NCBI RefSeq assembly: GCF_018977255.1
Contig: NW_024704742.1
Location: forward strand, 59,398,001-59,462,000
Length of the DNA: 64,000 nucleotides
Origin: Callorhinchus milii
Taxonomy: Eukaryota
Direction: 5' to 3'
The notes below the pieces were generated by a model that saw nothing but the letters and a program-made list of their open reading frames with translations, had not been told where the DNA came from and made no database searches. The first letter of the stretch is position 1. Every line of letters starts with the position of its first letter. This document shows, in pieces, positions 25,331 through 38,806 of the stretch. A program made the translations under genes and the position numbers.

Positions 25331-27695
25331 TATAAATATATATTATATATAGTGAGTAAAGGTAGTTTTCAATTATACAACAGGTTAATCAGTGTCCCAG
25401 CATACAGGTGGTAGATGGGAGAAACTTGAAAAAAATCTGAAGTTTGAAGGGTTGAAAAACAAATGTAAAAGTATTTTATTGGTTAAATAGTAAAGAAAAT
25501 CTAATCATCAGTGTGGCAACAAGTTGCCAGAAATTGGAAATATCCCACTCACATTTGAGTACAACATAAAGCATGATATCAAAATGAGATTTGTTCTGGT
25601 TTCATTTAATGAGGATAATGTATGTGTGGGAAAGTGTTTTGATAATGACTTTGCCTTGATGTTATGTGGTTACTATGTACTCCAGAAGCTTTTTGCTGGA
25701 GATCGCAACTGAGTTCAGTCTTATCGTGGATTAAATGTTAAAAACTTGGGGCAGATGCAGGTTCATCTTCTATATATTTTAATAATGTCACGGAGCAAGT
25801 TTAAATTTCTTGCTCTGTGACTCATTTGAACTCTGCACAGTGCAACCACATGAATACATTTTCACTGTCACAGAACCACAAAATGCATGTAAGATAGACT
25901 GTCAATGTTCAACCTTCTGACCCGCTGATTTTAAAACCTAATTAATTTCCAGCAATATGTGCAGTGCCTCTGAGTGATGGTGGTAGTAATTTAAATCAGC
26001 CGTATGACAAATTATTAAAATATGTAGTTCTCAGCACATTGACTAAGGTATTTCTGGAGACTGAATGGAGTATAGTGACCCTGGACCTTGTCCTTAAATA
26101 AATTATGCATCAAAAACGTTGGTTAAGAAAAGTGCACTTAACATTCTGTATTGCCAAGAGGTGGAATAGAGGTACAATAACATGTCTACAAATGTAGTAC
26201 AATCCTATGGTTCAGTTAACAGGAACTGCTCATGCTTCACTATCACAGGTTATGATACTGTTTCATCACCGTATCTAGTTAGTGCTCAGTGAACCTTTGT
26301 TTTTCTCAGAGAAAGTGACTTCTGAGCCTGGGAATGGAACACTTTCCGCTTTTGAAACCCAGAGTCGGGAACCAGCATTGCAGCTTGAGTACACAGATTG
26401 CTGTGTTAAGCCCTCCCAGCATGAAAGATGCTAGACAAAGGTCAATGTATAGTGCTGCATCTACTCCACCCAATAATTTACCTTAAACCCAGGTTCAAAA
26501 GAACAACCCCTACATAACTATTATACTTTTTTACCCACTTTTCGTGCAACAGCAACCTGCACTTATTCAACACTTTTTCATGCAGAAAGTATCTTGAAGC
26601 TGTTAACGAATAGGATAGGAAGGACTGAGCAGAGAGAGAGCAGGAAGAATTAAGTATGTTGACAAAATGTTCTCTGAGTTATATTCCCAGTGAATTGCCT
26701 ATTTGTGTCCAATTATGTGTAGCGCTGAATTGCGATTTCATATCCACTCACATTAAGACTGGTGAAACTCACTTTATAGAAGGCCCTCAGTCAACAGTGA
26801 CAGAAGGTTTCTGTCTTATTGAGGTTTGGAGCCAAGGAAACAGAGATCAAATGAAAGTATTCTACCTAACTATTTAAACCAGTTCTCATTCCTTACATTG
26901 ATTTAATCTCATTGAGGCCTAGTCAGCTGGGCATTCTACATACGCATGTAACGTATGCATACAAATGGTTCCAGTCCTGGAAAAGGCTATGCATTCTCTC
27001 CCTGGAGGAGGGAGCATATCTGAACAATTCTCAACACCTATTTATTAACAGACAAAGTTTTAATCCAGTACAGGTTACCTCCACTGCATCTTACCAGCAG
27101 TACCATTCTGTATGAGTACATTATGTGTGTATGTTCTGACTCACTATGAAAGCAGCACCTGGATGCGCTACAAAAATATTTGACAATACACAATAACAGA
27201 GTTGCTTGACAAAGTCTTTCAGCTTGTTTCTCAAGCAATGCAGTATGATAAGGGCACTTGTCCTCATTGCTATATGGAAAAATTCATCCCTAAGAATTTT
27301 GTTTTACAACTCTGCCAGAAGCAGGATCACAACCAAAAAAGTTACTGTTTAGTCACAAAATAAAGCTTCCATTTGATATAGTGGCTTATCACATCACTGA
27401 AATGCCTCAAAGCGCTCCACAGGATTTTATTGTAACATGTAGCTATTGTGTATTTTATAGGGGAATGCAAAAGTCAATTTTCACACAGCAATATCCCACA
27501 ACAGATATGACATGAATGATATTAAAAAGCAGCAGCAATCAAGATCAAGTAAGAATATGAAATCTATTACAGAGAAATAGAACGTAGCTCAACTGAACCA
27601 TCATAAATGGCACATGGAATGAAAATTATCCTTAAAAAGAAAATTATATCCCCAGGAAACATGAATGGGAGAAGAAAATCATGCAAGGTCAGTTT

Positions 27696-28270
27696 CATAG
27701 GAACAGGAGTAGGCCATTCAGCCCTTCAAGCCTGTTTCACCATTTAATTAGATCATGGCTGATCTGGGCCTCAACTAATCCGTTCAATTACAATTTTCCG
27801 CTTTCTCCCCACATCCTTTAATACGCCAAAAATCTATCAACCTCATTCTTGAAGGTATGGATGCATCCAGAAACCTCAGCCTTTTGGGGTGAGAATTACA
27901 GATTTCTACCACCCTTTCAGTGAACAAATGCTTCCTGATTTCACTCTTAAATGGCTTGGTCCTAATTTTAAGATTATGCCCCCTTGTTTTGGATTCCCCA
28001 CCAAAGGAAATAGCTTCTCTGTATCTACCCTATCGAATCTCTTTGTTATCTTAAATACCTCAATCAAATCACCCCTCAACCTTCTAAACTCAAGGGAATA
28101 CAATCCAAGTTTACGCAGCCTTTCTTCGTAACTTAACCCTTTTAGGCCTGGTAACATTCTGGTGAAACTGGGCTGCACCCACTCCAGGGCCTATATATAT
28201 TTCCTGAGGAGCGATGTCCAAAACTGAACATAATTCTACAGATAGGGTCTGACTAACGTTCTATACAGCT
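27696..28270 (-). mobile_element. CR1-clade LINE 3' fragment
   Basis: TRMLPGLKGLSYEERLRKLGLYSLEFRRLRGDLIEVFKI; tail CATAGGAACAGGAGTAGGCCATTCAGCCC. Confidence 0.93.
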
Positions 28271-28272
28271 GT

Positions 28273-29005
28273 CAGTTTCCAAAGGATATGAATGAAAAAG
28301 ATATGAATCAAAGCTACAGCTGGTTGACTAATGGGAATCTGAGAGCCAAAGGAGAACCTCTATTAATATTCGCACAAGCTCAAGCTATTTCTACCTGTTA
28401 TTATGAATATAAGATTTTGAAGAACAAAAAATTGCATTTATATAGCACTCCTCAGGCAGGGTAGCGTCCCAGAGCGCTTGACAGTGGTGGAGCACAACAC
28501 CGAGCCTCGGGGTGGGGGAAGATTACTGTAATCACGGTAGGAGAGGAAGGTCTTCAGGCGCAACCTGAAGATGGGAAAGGAGTGGGCAAGGAGGAGGGAT
28601 TGAGGGAGAGTGTTTCAGATTTTCGTGGTGTAGTGGCTGAAAGCATGACCACCATTGATCCAAAATGCCAAGTGACCCACGAAGCACCAGAAACAGTAAA
28701 AGATATGTCCAGCACTAGAACCATCAGAGTATTTGAATCTACATAACAGTAGAGATAGTATATCCACTAGAATATGTAAACACTTTGATATTGATGAAAA
28801 GAACAACTTGTTTGAACATCAACCAGCAAAAGTGACATCAAATGGTTACCTCGCAGTAATCTGGAGCTCACAAGTGCATACTGATAAAATAGTAATCTGT
28901 AATACAATAGATACAAAAAAAACAACTAGATTATACACACAGTATCATTGATTCCAATTTTAGTAACTTTAGAACTACCACAACATACAACTAGTGTTTT
29001 ACAAT
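28273..29005 (+). mobile_element. Fossil R4/Dong-clade (RLE-type) non-LTR retrotransposon C-terminus, interrupted by an L2
   Basis: Manual translation: QSYSWLTNGNLRAKGEPLLIFAQAQAISTCYYEYKILK [L2] DPKCQVTHEAPETV (frameshift) CPALEPSEYLNLHN..ICKHF..FEHQPAKVTSNGYLAVIWSSQVHTDKIVICN..VSLIPIL. This is collinear with the R4/Dong pattern WL..G.L..ETE.LI.AAQ.QAI.T..Y..KI..D.KCRLC...ET..H...CP.LA..EY..RH...EH.P.KV......ILWD..IQTD. Confidence 0.8.
28424..28655 (-). mobile_element. L2 family B 3' fragment inserted into the R4/Dong fossil
   Basis: TTGCATTTATATAGCACT..GGCAGGGTAGCGTCCCAGAGCGC tail. Confidence 0.85.
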
Positions 29006-31026
29006 ATTAGCAAAACTTAAAATGTGAGTAATGTATAGAAACTAAAATCACCAAGCAAAATTTATCATTTGATCTAGATTATGTGAAGGATGATAGGTGC
29101 TATTCCCCTTGCTGAAATAAGGAAACAAGCTATATGCCATCACTTCCTTTGCACATTTGGTAAGGTAAGTCTTTGAGGAAGTAGAAGTTCATTTTTCCTC
29201 TGGTTTTATCTGCACACTTATCCTGAACTCATAAGCTGGAACCAAAATGATAAGCACAAACTTAAGCACAGATTGTTCATCTTGCAATATTACTAAGAAT
29301 CCTTCTCAAAGATAGACAAGCAATCCATTGCAATTGCAATTTCACACAATATATTTCAGACAATTTACCCATCTCTGCTTTGAAGTTTATCACCGCCATC
29401 GATCAACTGTTAAAACACGGCACTACAAGAGATCCCATGTCAACTTGATGAACTTCACTAGTTAAACATCGCATTACTGAACTGCATTAGGAAATGTCAC
29501 TGTGATATCTAGATTTTCCTACTAAAAGTTACAAGGATCTGTGGCACCACATGAACAACAAACCATTTATCTTAATCTTCTAGTACAGTTACATGAACCA
29601 GACAGAAATGACACAGAACACCAATCTGTCTGCATTTGAGAAACAGAGTCCTAGACGTGGAACAAGACATCGATCATTGTCTGGGGTTAAGCGAACCAGT
29701 GGACTGCAAATCAAAATTTAGTCAGTTTGACAAGACTAGAAGAAAATTTTTCTTCAGTTTGAAGATAAACAGTTTTAATCCTTACAGTGCTGTGAATACT
29801 TTTGTGAGTATTGTTGCATTGAACAAGAGTGAATATACATATAATAGTATCCTGCTATAATCCCTCGCTGCCTTGCCTCCTTCAATAATAATAATCCTCT
29901 TATTAATAATAATAATTCTTGCATTAGATATAATGCCTTATCACGTCTTTGAGACATCTCTTCTATATATATATATAATTGTTCATATCAAGTGGAGCAA
30001 GCAAAATGTAAGAGTTTAATATTTTTATTTTTAATTTGCATTATTAAGGTATATAAAATTCCCTATGGGATAAAGTAAACCAAAAGATTCCATTCAATTC
30101 TTTAAGTTTTTTTCTACATGTTTCTGCAGGGCAGAGTTACTAACTGAAAATATGTATGATTATTTGGGTCACAAATATTGAGAACAAACAAAAATGAGAC
30201 CTGAGAATATACAAAACCATCCATCAGGTTCCAAAATGCATTCATTTTGCGAGAACAAAGGTTAAATAAGTTTGAAACAGCAAGTACACTCCTTCCAAAC
30301 CTGCTGTTCTCAATCAAAAAGCTACATTAAAAAAAGACAAAATGTTGATTTTAAAACATATTAAAATGATTACATAAAGAATGGAACTAAGCCATATCCA
30401 ATCAATTTCTGCCAGTTTTCACAAAAACACAACTTTGTTAGATCCTACTGAGAATACCCAGTTCAACCACAAAACTGTAAGTAAATAAATAAAACTACTA
30501 TCCCATGTGATTTGGCAGGAATTTGTCAATAAAATTAAGTATTCCTGAAAGAAACATTATTGTACTTCATGCTGTCTGTGGACCATGCATAAACTATTTA
30601 TCCTAAACTTCTACTTCAAAGAAAGTGAGGCAGTCAGATATAGCACATCATGTCAACAGATGCTTTCTGTGCCTGTAGTTGAGAAATTGTCGGGATTAGT
30701 CCAGCAAAGGGCTTGTGAGTTAAAGTGCCTTGTGCAGTTAACACACTGTGATAGTGGTGGAGTCAGTGTGGGGAGAGTGGCACATGACCCCTCCAATCAC
30801 TTTCAATCCCTTTACACTAATACACATCCTTATAATAAAGGTTCATTATAACGTAATTGGCCTGAGGACTGTGACATTTTCTGACCTAAAAATCCCAAAT
30901 CCCGACATTGCGCCACCCAAAATTCATTGCCGTAAATCAAATAGCTATTAAAATCCAGTTGTCGCATTTCTAAATTGCTTGGTGTTCTGTGTTCATGAGC
31001 AGTGGACTCACCAGTTGTGGGATCAC

Positions 31027-31175
31027 AACAGTACAAATTTACATTTATATTGCACCTCTCACATTGGGAGGACGTGCCAAGGTACTGGATCGTCTAAGGT
31101 TTGCAGCCGAGCTGAGGGTGGGGTCCCCAACAACAAGTTGCATTTATGTAGCGCTCTCTCCACATGGGGTAGGGT
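31027..31175 (-). mobile_element. Two L2 3'-tail stubs (family A, then family B)
   Basis: GGGAGGACGTGCCAAGG and CAACAAGTTGCATTTATGTAGCGCTC motifs. Confidence 0.65.
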
Positions 31176-31589
31176 ATTAGATCGCAGAAATGTAAGTGCT
31201 GACTAGTGACTGCTCCCGCTCGTACCCCATTATAGAGAGTGAGCTGAACTTTATGGACCTCCTCTCCCAACCACTGTATCAACTGTTTCTGGCTTCTCGG
31301 AGAAAAACTGCCAATTTAGTATAAATTTGAGCTGAATACTTGATAATTCTTCAGTGGTCAAGCCCAGTTAGAACTGGGTTGAGAGTGCCCTAACTAACTA
31401 ATTTATGTACGACTATCATAGACTATCAGAATGGGTCTGCTTAGGTGCTTTCACTGATCTAGGGTTTATTTGTGCATTTAGTAAATCAAAGCAATTAATG
31501 TATCTCTAACTTGCTTGAGCCATCCATCATAGTGTACAACAGACCTGTGAATCAACTACAGAACCATTAGCCTGACCTCAATAACAAGA

Positions 31590-32060
31590 AAAGTGATGGA
31601 GTCAATTATCTGAACGAAAATGAAATATCACCTGTGTTAAAATAATCTAATAAATGATAGCCAGCACATATTCAGAATGGGTAAATCTTTTTCATAGATT
31701 TTTCATAATTTTATTCGTAGGTGATTAATAATTTCCCCAAATTTATTATGGAAAGCCATCTGATGTAGACTACCTTGACTTTCAAAAGCTGTTACAATAA
31801 GAACCACATAAAAGATTCCTTTACAAACTGATGTCACTTGTTATCAAGAGTGCGAAATGAACATGGATTTGAAATAGGTTCAAAGGAAGAAAGCAGAGTG
31901 CAGTCGTATGGGAAACTAGGTCAAAATGGGGAAGGCACTCGGTGAGTGCCTCAGAGCTCTGTACAGGAATCCTCCTGTATCAATTCATAACTGGGATTCA
32001 CACACCAGTTCAAAATAGTTACACTTGCAAATGACACTAAATTGACCAGAACTGTGGAAT
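31590..32060 (+). mobile_element. Old CR1 RT fragment
   Basis: GATGTAGACTACCTTGACTTTCAAAAGCT (DV.YLDFQK); GTGCCTCAG..TCTGTAC; TTGCAAATGACACTAAATTG (ADDTKL-like). Confidence 0.65.
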
Positions 32061-32334
32061 CAAAGTAGATAGCAAGGATAATAATAATCCTTGCATTTTA
32101 TATAGTGATTTTCACTTCAGGCATTCATCTCACATGAATGGGCACCATATAAGTAAATGGAAATTGTTGCTTATTTTTGTGTCCATCAAGGTAAAGAATA
32201 TTAGTGTTAGAGAACAAAATATTTTTTGTAACATTTATCATTGTCAGCATTGAGTACTCCCGGGGAGACGATGGAGTGAAGCAGTCAAAAGCTCTCTTTT
32301 AAAGCTCTCTCTCTCTTCTCATTATATTGAGAAG

Positions 32335-32548
32335 ACAGGGCGAAACCTTGGGCAAGTTTCCTTACTCCACACGCCTAATAATAATCCCTCCAAAAAAAAA
32401 ACAATAATAAATGGGTCATTTTCAATCTACGACTGTTTGTGGGACATTGCTGTGCGCAATTGGCTGTGTTCTGTGAAGCGCTTTGGGATGTCCTCCCGAC
32501 TTGAAAAGCGCGATATCAAATGCAAGGATTATTATTATTATTATTATA
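32335..32548 (+). mobile_element. SINE short subfamily, 5'-truncated with internal deletion
   Basis: CAGGGCGAAACCTTGGGCAAGTTTCCTTACTCCACACGCCTAATAAT; tail GGGATGTCCTCCCGACTTGAAAAGCGCG..(ATT)n. Confidence 0.9.
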
Positions 32549-32951
32549 TAAGCTGCTCCCAACCATAGAAGTGCACCACCTACTGAATAAGTACAATGTT
32601 TTCCATTGCTCACACTTGTTATTCCTCCCTCCTTCTGCAATCAGGATATTTTTGTATTGTGAGCACAATCCCCCTGGGAACTGAGCTCAGACTACCCAAG
32701 ATCTTTTAATTCAGGACTGTTAAAGCCACCAGAGTCATGCTATTTTCTTTCAATCAGTCTTGGCAGCGTTCAATCCCAGAATATAGATGAAAACCAATGT
32801 ACCACCCCACTTCACCAATCAGCCAGTACCTTGCAATTTTAAATGCTTCAATTCTATTCTTATCAGGCATCATGGAGTGACACACACCACTGTCACTAAA
32901 ATAGCAAATTGGAATGAACCATTCTCCCAATAGTTGCTTAGCACATACATA

Positions 32952-33053
32952 CATTTAAAAAAACATTCAATTGTTGGAAATATTTTTAGGGAAGTAACCC
33001 AACCATTTAAAAAAACATTCAATTGTTGGAAATATTTTTAGGGAAGTAACCCA
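32952..33053. repeat. Perfect tandem duplication, period 52 bp
   Basis: CATTTAAAAAAACATTCAATTGTTGGAAATATTTTTAGGGAAGTAACCCA occurs twice. Confidence 0.95.
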
Positions 33054-33486
33054 CCCAACCATATTTATACACAGTTTTCACATAAAATAAATGTCTCAAA
33101 GCATGTTACAGAGTGAGATAAATTAGAAATGAAGTGAATGTTATTATGGAAGCAAATGTGACAATTAATTTTCGCATCGATGTGCCACAAACAACAATGA
33201 GATAAAGTTGACCATTGTAAACAAAATATAATTTTTGGGCTAAATTTGGATATTGAAAGAGAAATACGTCAAGATAATCAGTTTTCTTTGAAATACCCTT
33301 ACCTCTAGGTTAAGAGCTATCAACCAACAATGCTTCATACTCTCATTTTGGTGTTTCTTTCAATAACATAAGCGCTTCATAATGGTTCTCAGTGCAACCA
33401 AATCGCTTACGAATGCTGATTTTGAATGACATTTATCCTTGTGGTGTGAGTAATTGGAACATTATTCTGCTCTGAAATGCTGCTAA

Positions 33487-34275
33487 CACCTCAGCCGCTG
33501 AAACTGTCACCATTCAAGGCTGCACTCTTCACCTCACAGAGCTAATCCGAAACCTCGGTGTTCTTTTCGACCCTCAGCTATCCTTCAAACTCCACATTTG
33601 TGTCGTGACCCGTTCCACCTTTCCAAACATCCACAACATTGCCCGCCTCCGCCACTGCCTCTCACCACAGGCCACCGAGACCTTGATCCACGCTTTCATT
33701 ATGTTTCGGCTTGACTACGGTAACTGCCTGCTCACTGGACTTCCCAACTTTACCCTCTACCAGCTGCAGATTTTTCAGAACTTTGCAGTTCATGTCCTCT
33801 CCTGCAGCGGGCTCCAGGAACCTATCACCCCCGTTCTTGCCCGGCTTCACTGGCTGCCGATTCCTCAGAGATTCGAGTACAAAAATTTCATTTTTACCCT
33901 TAAGGCCCTCCACGGTCTTGCTCCCCCCTACCTCTCCGACCTCATAACCCCATGTCAGCCTGTCTGCTCTCTCAACTCGGCGACACCGGCCTGTTTCAGG
34001 TCCCCCGCACTTCCCACTCCACCATTGATGGTCAGACGTTCAGCATCTCTGCCCTCACACTCTGGAACTCTATCCAGCAATCCCTCCTCCTCACCCCTTT
34101 TCTTGCCTCCTTCAAGTCTTGTCTGAAGACGTGCTTCTTCAATCGTGCTTTCAGTCGTCCTCCCATCCCCAGTCCCTGCCCTCCCCTTCTGACTCCAACT
34201 CCCAACTCGGGTCCAAAATCCCTGAATGTCCAGCACCCTGGGACATCTTTCCGACATGCTTTGTTGTTGTTGTTG
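33487..34275 (+). mobile_element. L2 LINE (family A-like) 3' fragment
   Basis: [46 protein letters not shown]; (TTG)n tail. Confidence 0.92.
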
Positions 34276-34562
34276 CACTTATACCATTAAGAGAAGAAAT
34301 TAAAATAGCATTTGAATAAAACACCATTTGATCCAATCAGACACACTTCCACTTCCGCTCTAATATCTACGTGAAAGTTTTGCAAAGGTATTACCTAATG
34401 CCCAGGTTCATCAGGCATAAGCTTCACATTACCAGCGTAAAAATGCAATGTAGTGCAGCCATGTTATAACACACTGTGTGGGAACCACAAAATCCCACCT
34501 GATAGAGACACAAAATAGTGAGTTTTACTATGAATACATGCAACTGACTGGTGGGTAGGGAG

Positions 34563-34738
34563 GGCACCTGCTGCTTCCCACCTTGACAGAAAAAAATATT
34601 GTCTTCCAGGTCATTGGGTCACTGCACCATCATTTCCTGCTTTCTCCACATGTGCAAGTGCAAAGTAGGAAATGACACCGGTGGCAACCTCATGACCTAG
34701 AAGTCAACTTTTTTTTTAGTGTGGGAAGCTAAGATGCC
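34563..34738. repeat. ~175-bp imperfect palindrome centred on CACATGTG (decayed foldback or MITE)
   Basis: Paired blocks GCTTCCCAC/GTGGGAAGC, A-run/T-run, CTTCCAGGTCAT/ATGACCTAGAAG, TCATTTCCTGCTTT/AAAGTAGGAAATGA. Confidence 0.8.
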
Positions 34739-35814
34739 TGACTTCTAGCTTATTAGATCACAGCCGGTATCACTTTCTGCTTTGTGTCTGCACAGCAAAT
34801 CAGAAATTATCACAAACAGCCACCTAATGAACCAGACCTTGGCTATTTTTATACGAAAAGCTGTGGGAGGTGAGCAGGCTAAACTAGGGGTATTTTTTAA
34901 AGTTTCATTTTGGTCAGCTCAGTGTCTGATGTACATGGAAACTCATCACCATTTTTATGAGTATCCAAACCAAACTGAGTGTTCCATGCATCCCACCTGT
35001 ACATAGACATTTCTCTGTGAATTGGAAATAGTGAAGTTACAGTGAGTCTGCACTGTAGGCGCTGGTGATAAGGGTTAGGCCAGTACCCTGTAAAAGTTCT
35101 CTCCACAGGCAGCAACAACAATAATAATCCTATAATAATAATCCTTGCATTTGATATAGTGCCTTATATTGTCTTTGAGAAGTCTCAAAGCGCTTCACAG
35201 AATATACTGTAACGTGAATTGACTGTATGTTTTGTGGGCGAAACAATGTCAGAGGTCACCAATTAGTCTGGCTTTGAGCTAAACCATTGTTTCAGTGGTG
35301 GTGGGGTTCACATCCAAAATAAGTTGATAATTAAACTTCTTTTGAATCACAATGTTTGGCATTGTGACAATCTTCATATTACATGTTCACCCTATTTGTC
35401 CATTTTCACACGTACATTATTAATTACCATTAAAGTCTTTTTTTAATCAATTTTCACCAATTCATACTCGGGTTTTTATTTTGTCATTAAAAACTATTTT
35501 AATGTCCTTAATACAATCCTGGATTGGTTTGGGATATGATAATCTGTTAACATTCATGGCATCTATGGTTCTCAGTACTTTAAGAAAGTAAAACTTGCCC
35601 CCTTCTTAAACTTTTATGCAAATAAAATTAGTTCAGTTTTACAAGCTACTCCTCAGAATGTGTCCCAGAATCAGTCACTTGTCTCTTCTCGCTCTCCTAA
35701 TACTACTTCAATTCTGGTTTGATTTGGAAGCCCCTTTTGCAAAGTTCCAACTCCAAATAAAGACTCAAGTAAAACAATTTTGTGCAAGTTTTGTTCAATC
35801 TTAAGTGTATCTTT

Positions 35815-36130
35815 TGAGGAATGTGGCAACTAAGTTTTACACACCGGTGTCTAACAAACAGTCATAAAAGACCAAATTTACTCAGGGAATCATTGCCCAG
35901 AACCCTTTTTTTTGATTAGTGTGATAGAATCTTTAATGTCCATCTAAACAGGCACGTGGAACTTCAGTTTAACTTCTCATCTGAAGGGCGGTGCCTTCTA
36001 CAATACAGCACGCCCCCACACTGCATTTGAGTATTAACCTAGACTATGAATTCAAATTCCTGAAGTGGAGCTTTAAACCTTCAAAAATCTGACTCAGAGG
36101 GAAGAGACTGACAACTGACTCAGTTGGTAG
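35815..36130 (-). mobile_element. Old Deu-domain SINE
   Basis: CTCATCTGAAGGGCGGTGCCTTC; CTGACTCAGAGG..ACAACTGA head (reverse complement). Confidence 0.7.
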
Positions 36131-37149
36131 CGTCAACAAAATGGTCATACAAACTAAGACGAGGTGAAATTTCAAGCCTTTGATTTCATATGAACATCTA
36201 TGAAAGTCGGTTGATCAAATTTGCCTAAAACACTCTAAATTTAACCTGAACAGTGACCTAGCAATGGTATACTTTTATATTTTGAATTTTTAGCTAAATG
36301 CCTTGAAACAATAACCTAGGATTTGATTAACTCTGTTCCTAATAGCTTCACATTGACATGAAATGTTCAGTGCAAGATCAATAATCACACCTCTGCTAAT
36401 GGATACTCCTTCATTATGTGTACATTTATGGCTTCCAATTCCGATATGCATTACATTACAATTAATCTACTTTAAAATCCAGCTGTCACTTCTAAGTCCA
36501 TTGGCATAATTGGTCTTGCTATTTGTCTTTCTTGTATAAGTCAACTGTCACATAGCATGGACTCATAACAACAAATGTTACCAGAAATGCTTTCCTTGAC
36601 GTCATTTGTAAATAGTATGAATGGCAGGGTATTCAGAACAGATTCCTTCCCCTTTCCCATTTGTCTCTCTGTTTAGCTTCCTAGTACTACAGCAGATTTC
36701 AATCCAGATACTTAATTTGTCATCAATTCTGTGTTCTTTGACCTTTAATGCTTGGTTTATACTGCTGGAAGCAAAGCAACATTATTTCCAGCAGTAGACA
36801 ATTTGGTACAGGGAGCAGGATTTTTATATACATTTCCATCTTGCAAAAGCTCTGACCAAAGGCTATGGGTCACTCTGAGCATGGGTTGACTGAAAACACA
36901 TGTCATGCATTAAGTGCCTACATAGATATCTGCAAACCAGTGTTAACCTATTCGGTTTAACTGAAGAACTAGTTGCATGAGCAGTCTTCAATTACATTTA
37001 AATTGTTGCTTTATTATTTTTAGTTTATCCATTGGATGTCAAATCCATTTGAATTAAATGCATTTATAAGGCAGTAACATGAATTTGCTTACAATACATA
37101 GTTATAGGTTATAGTAAAAAAAAGCTTCAAGATATATCTAACACCAAAT

Positions 37150-37620
37150 TTATATTAGACTTCTTGCAGCAAGTAGGCATGATTTGCTTTGTCTATTACC
37201 ATAAAATATAAACTGAGCATAAAAGACCCAAGTGTAGAATTTTATCAAATATCTTCTGAAATTCCAAGGACATTTTATCCACTGAATAGCCCTCATCCAC
37301 CAGTTTAGTTACTTCCTTAAGTAATTTTAGTATACTGTATATGTCTTTTTCCTGTAGAGGCATTGCTTGTAAATACATGTTGCCAACTCCTTTTAGTCAC
37401 TGTATGTTTAATAATCTTCCCAAGCATTTTCCTTGCTCTAGATGTAGGCTTACTCGCTTGCAATTTCATGTCTAATTAAAGTTTTCAATAATCGCATTAA
37501 ATTTGCTGCCCATTACTCAGGTTTAGCTTAAATATTTGCAGAGCTTCTAAAAGTATTAATAAGAGTCTCGCCTATTCCCTCTTGCATTTCGTTGAGAATT
37601 TCGGAGTCTATCCCATCTGG
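37150..37620 (-). mobile_element. Old CR1 RT fragment
   Basis: EVTKLVDEGYSVD..LEFQKIFDKILH (CR1 VD.G..VD..YLDFQKAFDKV.H). Confidence 0.7.
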
Positions 37621-38030
37621 GATTGTTCTTCTTAGAGTAGAGAAGTTTAAGGGGCAATTTAATAGAGGTGTTCAAAATTATGTGGGTTTTTGCTAGAGTA
37701 GATAGGGAGAAACAGTTTCACTGGCCAGTGGCTCAGTAACCATAGATTTAAGTTATTTGGCAAATGAACCAGAGGGCAGACGAGGAGAATTTTGTTTTAC
37801 ACAGAGGGCTGTTACGGTCTGGAAGGCACTGGTGGTGGAAACAGATTCAGTAACAACGTCCAAAAGGGAATTAGATAGGAATTAAATAGGTACTTGAAAA
37901 GGAAAAAAATGCAGGAGTATGGGGAAAGAATAGAGCTAGTGAATCTAGTTGGGTAGCTCTTCCAAAGAGCCGGCACAGGCACAATGGGTCGAATAGCTTC
38001 CTTCTGTGGTGTAATATTCTATGATTCTAT
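37621..38030 (+). mobile_element. CR1 3' end
   Basis: TTGTTCTTCTTAGAG.AGAGAAG..AGGGG..ATAGAGGTGTTCAAAATTATG; tail GGCACAATGGGTCGAATAGCTTCCTTCTGTG..ATTCTATGATTCTA. Confidence 0.88.
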
Positions 38031-38806
38031 AATCTGATCCAAATATTGGGTATACATTTAATTATTTGAGGTTCTTCATACATGTGCTTCATTGATGTCT
38101 ACTTAAGTTAAACTAATCTGAACAAAAATTTCAGCTGATTGAATTTACAATGCAAAGGATGCGTTCTAAAACAGCACTCCATCTGATACCTTTTAGTTGT
38201 TTATTTAATCTGGACAAGTAAATTACAGGTCCAGTCTCTCAGGTTCAGACAAACACATTTCAGTGTGTATGTATATCCCCTGAACAGTACTATCCATGTG
38301 CAGAAAGATCAGGTTACGTACAAATGTGATAATGAGAGAAAACTCAGCTGATAATATTCTGCAGCTTGAATAAAGACGACATGTTTTATTACTCTAGGTG
38401 ACAATTTTACACTGCTTTACTCTGAGTTATGAAAGGAAGCATTGATGTAAGAACATAAAGGAGTATCAGAGTTGGATACAAAGTTTCACACAATTGCATA
38501 TTTTCTTGTATTGTATTAGACATCCAAGACTAAATCATCCTACAGCATGGTTAGACTAGAACAGAACTGCTGCCAAGTGAAATTAGTACAAATTAGTAGT
38601 TCAGTCTTCACTCATGATATTATCACCTTGATTTGGTTAGGATTAACAAAATACACTTGAACCAGAGCTGTAAATTCACAGTTTAATACTGTGAAAGGCA
38701 ATTTCAGGAGAGACACCAATAGGTATTTCTGTGAAAAAAAAGGTGATCATCAAGTCGAATTGGGTTCCTGCAAGGGTAGTTGAGGCCAAAACATTGGGCA
38801 GCTTGA

